From the IMG/VR virus record IMGVR_UViG_3300017989_000052: a stretch of 60,666 bases of DNA, one strand, 5' to 3'. The translations under genes and the position numbers were made by a program. Below the pieces are notes generated by a model. The model was given only the letters and a program-made list of their open reading frames with translations, had not been told where the DNA came from and ran no database searches. Of this stretch, positions 55,709-60,666 are shown piece after piece. Positions within the stretch are counted from its first letter, which is position 1, and every line of letters begins with the position of its first letter. Source of the DNA: a virus. Its lineage: Duplodnaviria > Heunggongvirae > Uroviricota > Caudoviricetes.

Positions 55709-56214
55709 TGGCTCGTAATTATGGGTATAACCCATCTTCTTATTTAAGGGGTCTAGGTCCTTTGAGCAGGGTTTCTGAATTAAAGTCAGAGATCTTAAGG
55801 GTTTTGGATTCTGAGCTTAAGTCTTTAGATGAGGATAAATTAGATCAATTTGACCCTTTTGTATATTATGGGGGCAAGGACGGTCTTAGGTCTACTCATT
55901 ACCATTTTCGTTTTAGGCTGGATACAGAGTTAGGGGATTCATTAAGGGATTTAAGGAATTCTGGTTATTCTTTTAGGGTTCCTAAGAGGATTCCTGACAG
56001 AGCAACTCTCTTTGAGTTTTTGGTTATGGCTTTAAAAAGGGTTCTTGTTGAGGATGGCCTATGGGATAATTTTGATATTTATGATGATGGCACTTTCTTC
56101 TATCTTGAATTAACTTTGGACAAATTAAGGGCTTATTTTGAATTGGGCTGTTTCCAGGGGACTTCTTATCCTATTAAGGGATATCCAATGGGAGAGGACG
56201 AGCCTCCTTTCTAA
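55708..56214 (+). CDS. hypothetical protein
   Basis: Coupled ORF. Confidence 0.65.
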   Translation: MARNYGYNPSSYLRGLGPLSRVSELKSEILRVLDSELKSLDEDKLDQFDPFVYYGGKDGLRSTHYHFRFRLDTELGDSLRDLRNSGYSFRVPKRIPDRATLFEFLVMALKRVLVEDGLWDNFDIYDDGTFFYLELTLDKLRAYFELGCFQGTSYPIKGYPMGEDEPPF

Positions 56215-56230
56215 TTATGTTTCATCTACT

Positions 56231-56761
56231 ATGTTTTATCAAAGGCGAGCTACAAAATACGAATTTATCCATATAGGGTTTAGGAAGGTGGTTCACTTCA
56301 AGCAAGGGGATGTGGATCTCCATCTTGGGGGGATTGCTAAGATATTTCTTTCTAGTTATTGGGCTACTATCTCTAGATATAAATTAATTTCTCCTTCTCT
56401 TTTATTGGACCTCCAATACTCTGGGTACAATGCGTATGCTACTTGGGCCAAATCTTATATCTTAGAGAAGCTTCGTTCTAAGGGGTCTCCTTTATTATTG
56501 GAGGCTGCTCATAAGGATTCGACTTTTCACATTCATTGGGATTTAGGCGATGGGGAATCAATGCTTTTATCGGAGCAGGAGGTACTACCTTTACGTTATG
56601 GTCTTACTGACTTATGGCTAGGGGAGATTTATGATTCTTTAATTTTTGGGAAACCGAGGGGCAAACACACTTACACAGAGGTACCTTATACATCTCTGCT
56701 GACTCATCGGAATCCTGAGGTTAGAAAGAAGGTTAAATCCTTATGGGGGCGAAAGGGATGA
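56231..56761 (+). CDS. LTH-tag protein (C-terminal tag)
   Basis: PYTSLLTHRNPEVRKKVKSLW; start uncertain. Confidence 0.75.
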   Translation: MFYQRRATKYEFIHIGFRKVVHFKQGDVDLHLGGIAKIFLSSYWATISRYKLISPSLLLDLQYSGYNAYATWAKSYILEKLRSKGSPLLLEAAHKDSTFHIHWDLGDGESMLLSEQEVLPLRYGLTDLWLGEIYDSLIFGKPRGKHTYTEVPYTSLLTHRNPEVRKKVKSLWGRKG

Positions 56762-57129
56762 TTTTATGGGAGCTTCGTATTTTTGAGATAAAGCCTCTTC
56801 CTGGGGGCTGGAATTTACTTTTATCTTATTTATTTAGGGAGAAGCCTTCTAAGGAGACAATGTATGCCTTTCTCCTTGATTACTTAGCTGAGGCATATAG
56901 TGAGGTACCTTTTAAGCTTTCTGTTTTTGGTCATTCTGTAACAGTTAAATACGATATCAATGTTTTTAGCCATGCGGATCAATTCATTTTACGTTTAGTT
57001 AAGCAGGATATTAGTCTCACGGAACCTTTACGTTTAGAGTCTATGCTGACTCATTCGAATTCTTCGATTCGGGAAGCTGTGAAATCTTTTAAGCGGGGTG
57101 CTACTATTTTGGGGGTTGAGGATTCTTAA
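56758..57129 (+). CDS. LTH-tag protein (PxxxE subfamily)
   Basis: KPSKETMYAFLLDYL; RLESMLTHSNSSIREAVKSF. Confidence 0.8.
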   Translation: MILWELRIFEIKPLPGGWNLLLSYLFREKPSKETMYAFLLDYLAEAYSEVPFKLSVFGHSVTVKYDINVFSHADQFILRLVKQDISLTEPLRLESMLTHSNSSIREAVKSFKRGATILGVEDS

Positions 57130-57499
57130 TACTTTTCATCCAGGACCTCACAATAGCTTTATCGTATGTCAATAATGCTATGGCATTTAATGCTTTAAAA
57201 AGCTCTTTAGGGTCTTTGAGAGCTTTTGGCCACCCGGATTCTTCTCTCTTATACCTATAGACAGCGTGCGTTTTATCCTCAAAAATGATGTTTTCCTCGT
57301 CCTTCTCTTCTTCTTCGAGGTCATCATACGGCCCTGCTATTTTCTCGGCTAAAACCTCGACATATTGGTCATTTAGATATATCCAGAAGGTGGTTCTAAA
57401 ATTGGGGTAGACTGCTTTTGCTGTTTCTTCGAATTGCAATGCGGATTGTTTCATGCTTCGATCAAACCAGCAATACATTTCAATATTTTCTTTTTCCAT
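57104..57499 (-). CDS. hypothetical protein
   Basis: First gene of the convergent minus-strand block. Confidence 0.7.
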   Translation of the reverse strand: MEKENIEMYCWFDRSMKQSALQFEETAKAVYPNFRTTFWIYLNDQYVEVLAEKIAGPYDDLEEEEKDEENIIFEDKTHAVYRYKREESGWPKALKDPKELFKALNAIALLTYDKAIVRSWMKSIKNPQPPK

Positions 57500-57572
57500 T
57501 TTTATTATACGTGGGGGGCTAGTTGAAATACTTTAGGTTAATTTTATTCGGGTGTTTTAAGTGGTGGGCAAG

Positions 57573-57665
57573 GTCTTTGATTATATAAGTCTTTGATTAT
57601 ATAAGTCTTTGAGATCAATATAAGTCTTTGATTATATAAGTCTTTGATTATATAAGTCTTTGAGA
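57573..57665. repeat. 16-bp tandem (iteron-like) array
   Basis: GATTATATAAGTCTTT x2, a 19-bp variant, then x2. Confidence 0.9.
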
Positions 57666-57745
57666 GAGGTGGAAAAAATCGCGCGATTGAAATAACGGGG
57701 GGTCAGGTTAAAAAACGGCGCAAACACCGAGAACAAACGTTTAAA

Positions 57746-59929
57746 TTACATGTCAGTAAAAGCTTTCCCTCGAAGAAGGAACGATAGGGCATTTGTTTTG
57801 GTTATAACTTTTATTTTCTTCCCAGCGAAATCCATTAGTCCCCTAAAGTTTTCTAAAAGCTCTAATTCTTCTTTTGTAAATTTATCTCTACCGACGTAAT
57901 TGAGAACGGCATCTCGTATTTGCTTTTCTCCTCCCTTGGCGTTTAATTCAATCAACTTATTTTTCATTTCTTGGGATAATTTTGATTTCTCTATATCAAG
58001 GGCTGTTAAATGCTTTGCTGCTGCAGAGGAGATGCCCGGCATCTTATAGGAGAATATGCTTTCTAAAAACCATATAATTTCTTTTGGGGTTACTTTCTTT
58101 ATTTTTTCTAGGTCAATATTAAAATCTTTTAAAAGGGCATCCATTTGTTTTTCAAACGTGTGCCAAGATAGGTATTTAAAGCCCTCTTGCCCAATTATCT
58201 CTCGTATTGTTTCTTTTGGCACGGCGAGCTGAAATAATTTTTCAACTCGTTCTTTTGCTTTCAACAGTTTTGGAAGGGGGAGGGAAGTGAAAAAGGCATC
58301 AAGGTGGACTCCCATTGCCAAAAATTCTTTTGGCCTTTTAGCAATTTCTTCTAATTGGCTTATTGTTGTCTTAGAGAATAATTTGCTCAGGTATGCTTCG
58401 AATGCTAATTTTGGCCCAAGTGCGGCTGTATTTTCTTCAAAACTTTCTCGGAGAGCTTTAATAACTTTAACTTTATCCATTGACCCCGGCAGGTGAAAAA
58501 ACCCGCTTAATGCCTTATATTGTTCTTCTTCGCTACCTTGCGAGAAGACATCATTAAAATAGGATTTAAGTTCATCTAACATTGTTCCTTCCTTGTTAGG
58601 GGATGGAAGGGAGTCTAACTCTGCATAATATTTTATTTTTGCTGCGGGGTCTGCTTCAATTATAGCGAGGGCTTTTTTTCCTATCTCCGTTTTTGGATTC
58701 CAAGGCTTGAGAAACGTACTTGCGTAATGAATGGCTACTGTTTTGTCTTCCACTATTACTTTTAATGCCTTTTTCCCAAACTCTGAATTTGGGTCCCAAG
58801 GTTTTCTCATTTCTTTAGCATAGTCTGTGGCGGCTCTTGCATTTTTTGTTATCTGAAATAGGGCTACTTTTCCTTCTTCGGTGTTCGGGTCCCAAGCTCC
58901 ATATTTTTGCGCGCTTTTAAGTACTCTAGCTATGTTATTAGAATAAGCTGCGGTAATTTTAATTTCTTTTATAATCTCAGGGTCTTCTGTTTTAATTCTT
59001 AAGCAGGTTTGTGGGTTTTTCGCGAGTTTTAATAAATCTTCTTTTGTAAGCTCAATAAGATCGTGCTCATATAAGGTTATTAGCACGCGGGTATCATTTT
59101 TTGCGGTTTCATAAATACGTTTAACTTCATCTTTAAAGTCTTTTACTTTGAAATCATAATTAAGGAAGAGGTATATTAGGAATCCTAATTTCTTCTCATT
59201 CGGCAAATCCGGATATATTTTTCTCATTACAGTTGGCAAGATTGAATCCATCGTTGCTTTATTAATTTCGTCGTCGTCTGGAAATTTAAACTCTGCATCT
59301 TGATTTGTAAAGCTTCCTAATATATAATTCTTCCCATCTTTAATAAAGAGATAATGTGTGCCTCTTTCTGCTATATAATCTTCTGCGGTTTCTTCGTGTC
59401 TCACACACCAATCTATGTGTACCTCAGGGTCTTGAGCGAGGATTGTTAAAGATTTAGGGTCAGATATTTCATATATAAGGAGTTGCCCTCCTTGGACTTT
59501 TTTAACTCCTGGGAGGTTGCGAGAATCAATTTTCTTTTCTCGGACTTCATTTCTAAGTTTTGGTGCTTCTTCTTCAAATCTCTTGAGTGTTTTTATTAAT
59601 TCATCTTTCGTATATTCAAGAATATTTGTAGGAAGTCCTAATTTATTGAGTCGGGGCTTAAATTTCTTGAATTCCTGAAGCCTTCTTTTGGCTGCTTCAA
59701 AGTCTTCGGGGAATCTATAATTTCCTGCGTACCATTCTCTGGCAATCCAATCAATATATTTTTGATCTATACCATAGAGAAGTTTCCAAAATTCTTCTTC
59801 TAATAGATTTTTATCTTCAAGGAATTGGTTAAAGTTCTCTTTAGATTTAAATGCCGTTTGAATTGTTTGTTGTTTAGAAACGGCGATTCTAATGATTGAT
59901 GCTATTCTAAGTAATTTATATGGTATCAT
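57746..59929 (-). CDS. large hypothetical protein (727 aa) with short helical W-x-P repeats
   Basis: YIDWIAREW, WCVR...HYLFIKDG; repeats AQKYGAWDP, YAKEMRKPWDP, YASTFLKPWNP. Confidence 0.8.
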   Translation of the reverse strand: MIPYKLLRIASIIRIAVSKQQTIQTAFKSKENFNQFLEDKNLLEEEFWKLLYGIDQKYIDWIAREWYAGNYRFPEDFEAAKRRLQEFKKFKPRLNKLGLPTNILEYTKDELIKTLKRFEEEAPKLRNEVREKKIDSRNLPGVKKVQGGQLLIYEISDPKSLTILAQDPEVHIDWCVRHEETAEDYIAERGTHYLFIKDGKNYILGSFTNQDAEFKFPDDDEINKATMDSILPTVMRKIYPDLPNEKKLGFLIYLFLNYDFKVKDFKDEVKRIYETAKNDTRVLITLYEHDLIELTKEDLLKLAKNPQTCLRIKTEDPEIIKEIKITAAYSNNIARVLKSAQKYGAWDPNTEEGKVALFQITKNARAATDYAKEMRKPWDPNSEFGKKALKVIVEDKTVAIHYASTFLKPWNPKTEIGKKALAIIEADPAAKIKYYAELDSLPSPNKEGTMLDELKSYFNDVFSQGSEEEQYKALSGFFHLPGSMDKVKVIKALRESFEENTAALGPKLAFEAYLSKLFSKTTISQLEEIAKRPKEFLAMGVHLDAFFTSLPLPKLLKAKERVEKLFQLAVPKETIREIIGQEGFKYLSWHTFEKQMDALLKDFNIDLEKIKKVTPKEIIWFLESIFSYKMPGISSAAAKHLTALDIEKSKLSQEMKNKLIELNAKGGEKQIRDAVLNYVGRDKFTKEELELLENFRGLMDFAGKKIKVITKTNALSFLLRGKAFTDM

Positions 59930-59930
59930 T

Positions 59931-60666
59931 TTACTTTTTCAGAAGTTCTTTTGGCATTGGGACACAAACTTGGGGGTTACCCATAGTTGGTTCTGGGAAT
60001 TGAATTTCTTTAAGTTCCGGATGCTGTCTAAATTTTTGATTTACCGTCTTGATAGTCTTTAAGAAGTCGTCTTGATAAAGAGTTTCAATAGGACCCTCTT
60101 CTTCAAGCGGCAAAAAGATATAATCATCTCTAAGACAAATTTGTTCTTTACTAATTATAAATCTTTCTTGGTTTAAGAATTCATAAATAAGTTGGACTTT
60201 AGTATCGTCATAGTCATATTCAACGGGCATACGGAAATCCTTAAATAACCTTTCAATAACTCCACTAACATAAGCGAGTTCCAATGGAAAACCAACTTCC
60301 TCTTGTTTAAATTTATCTGAACCAGCGGCAGCAACATAAGGAAGAGCTATAATAGTATCTAGAACTGGCTCGAGCTCTGGTATTCTTTCTTTAATTCCCA
60401 CAGCCCTAAAATAGTTTATAGCTTTTAGCCCCAAAAATATATCCATTCCAAAATTTACATCCTGTAAAAAAATCTTCTCTAATTCTGGGTACCTCTGTTT
60501 TAAGGTTTCAGCATACTCCATAAGTAAAAATTTTGCGCGATTTGAGTTAATGAAAAAACTACTTAAGAGATTTTTTTCCAGCCAAGGCCACCTTTCTGTT
60601 ATGCCTGCTTTATTGCGATAGGCTATAACCCCTTCAAATTTATCGACTAATACCTTAAATGGTAGG
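59931..60666 (-). CDS. hypothetical protein with R-(W/Y/I)-P-x-LE repeats, 5' end outside window
   Basis: Frame is open upstream of ATG 60521 to the window edge; ERWPWLEK, QRYPELEK, ERIPELEP. Confidence 0.7.
   Translation of the reverse strand, partial: LPFKVLVDKFEGVIAYRNKAGITERWPWLEKNLLSSFFINSNRAKFLLMEYAETLKQRYPELEKIFLQDVNFGMDIFLGLKAINYFRAVGIKERIPELEPVLDTIIALPYVAAAGSDKFKQEEVGFPLELAYVSGVIERLFKDFRMPVEYDYDDTKVQLIYEFLNQERFIISKEQICLRDDYIFLPLEEEGPIETLYQDDFLKTIKTVNQKFRQHPELKEIQFPEPTMGNPQVCVPMPKELLKK

Noticed and set aside
57573-57665. CRISPR array
   Set aside because: The 16-bp units are directly adjacent with no spacers, and there are no cas genes.

Overview
This 60.7-kb window looks like the accessory or early region of a large, AT-rich bacteriophage. 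That identity is inferred from dense short genes mostly on the + strand, Shine-Dalgarno sites, a phage-type ECF sigma factor, tRNAs and no housekeeping operons; no capsid, terminase or polymerase gene is visible. Recognisable genes are an HNH endonuclease, a sigma factor, a metallophosphoesterase, guanylate kinase, a HAD phosphatase, a cyclic-phosphate receiver domain, two ART-like proteins, an SPFH-like protein, a transglutaminase-like lipoprotein, a NYN nuclease and three tRNAs. The dominant unexplained signal is a ~20-aa single HEAT-like tag, consensus phi-[E/K]-x-[F/Y/L]-L-T-[H/S/D/N]-x4-[I/V/L]-R-x-x-A-K-x-x-phi, here called the LTH tag. About 64 otherwise divergent small ORFs carry it, mostly at the C-terminus and sometimes N-terminally or internally. 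Carriers include a four-gene array of 19-residue LRR proteins. Other notable items are a ~510-nt structured ncRNA candidate (9909-10425), three GC-rich paralogues that each sit behind a conserved promoter element, a D-armless tRNA-Leu-like element, origin-like non-coding regions at strand-skew switches, and a 16-bp iteron-like array. Motifs, helices and coordinates were read by eye; no database searches were run.
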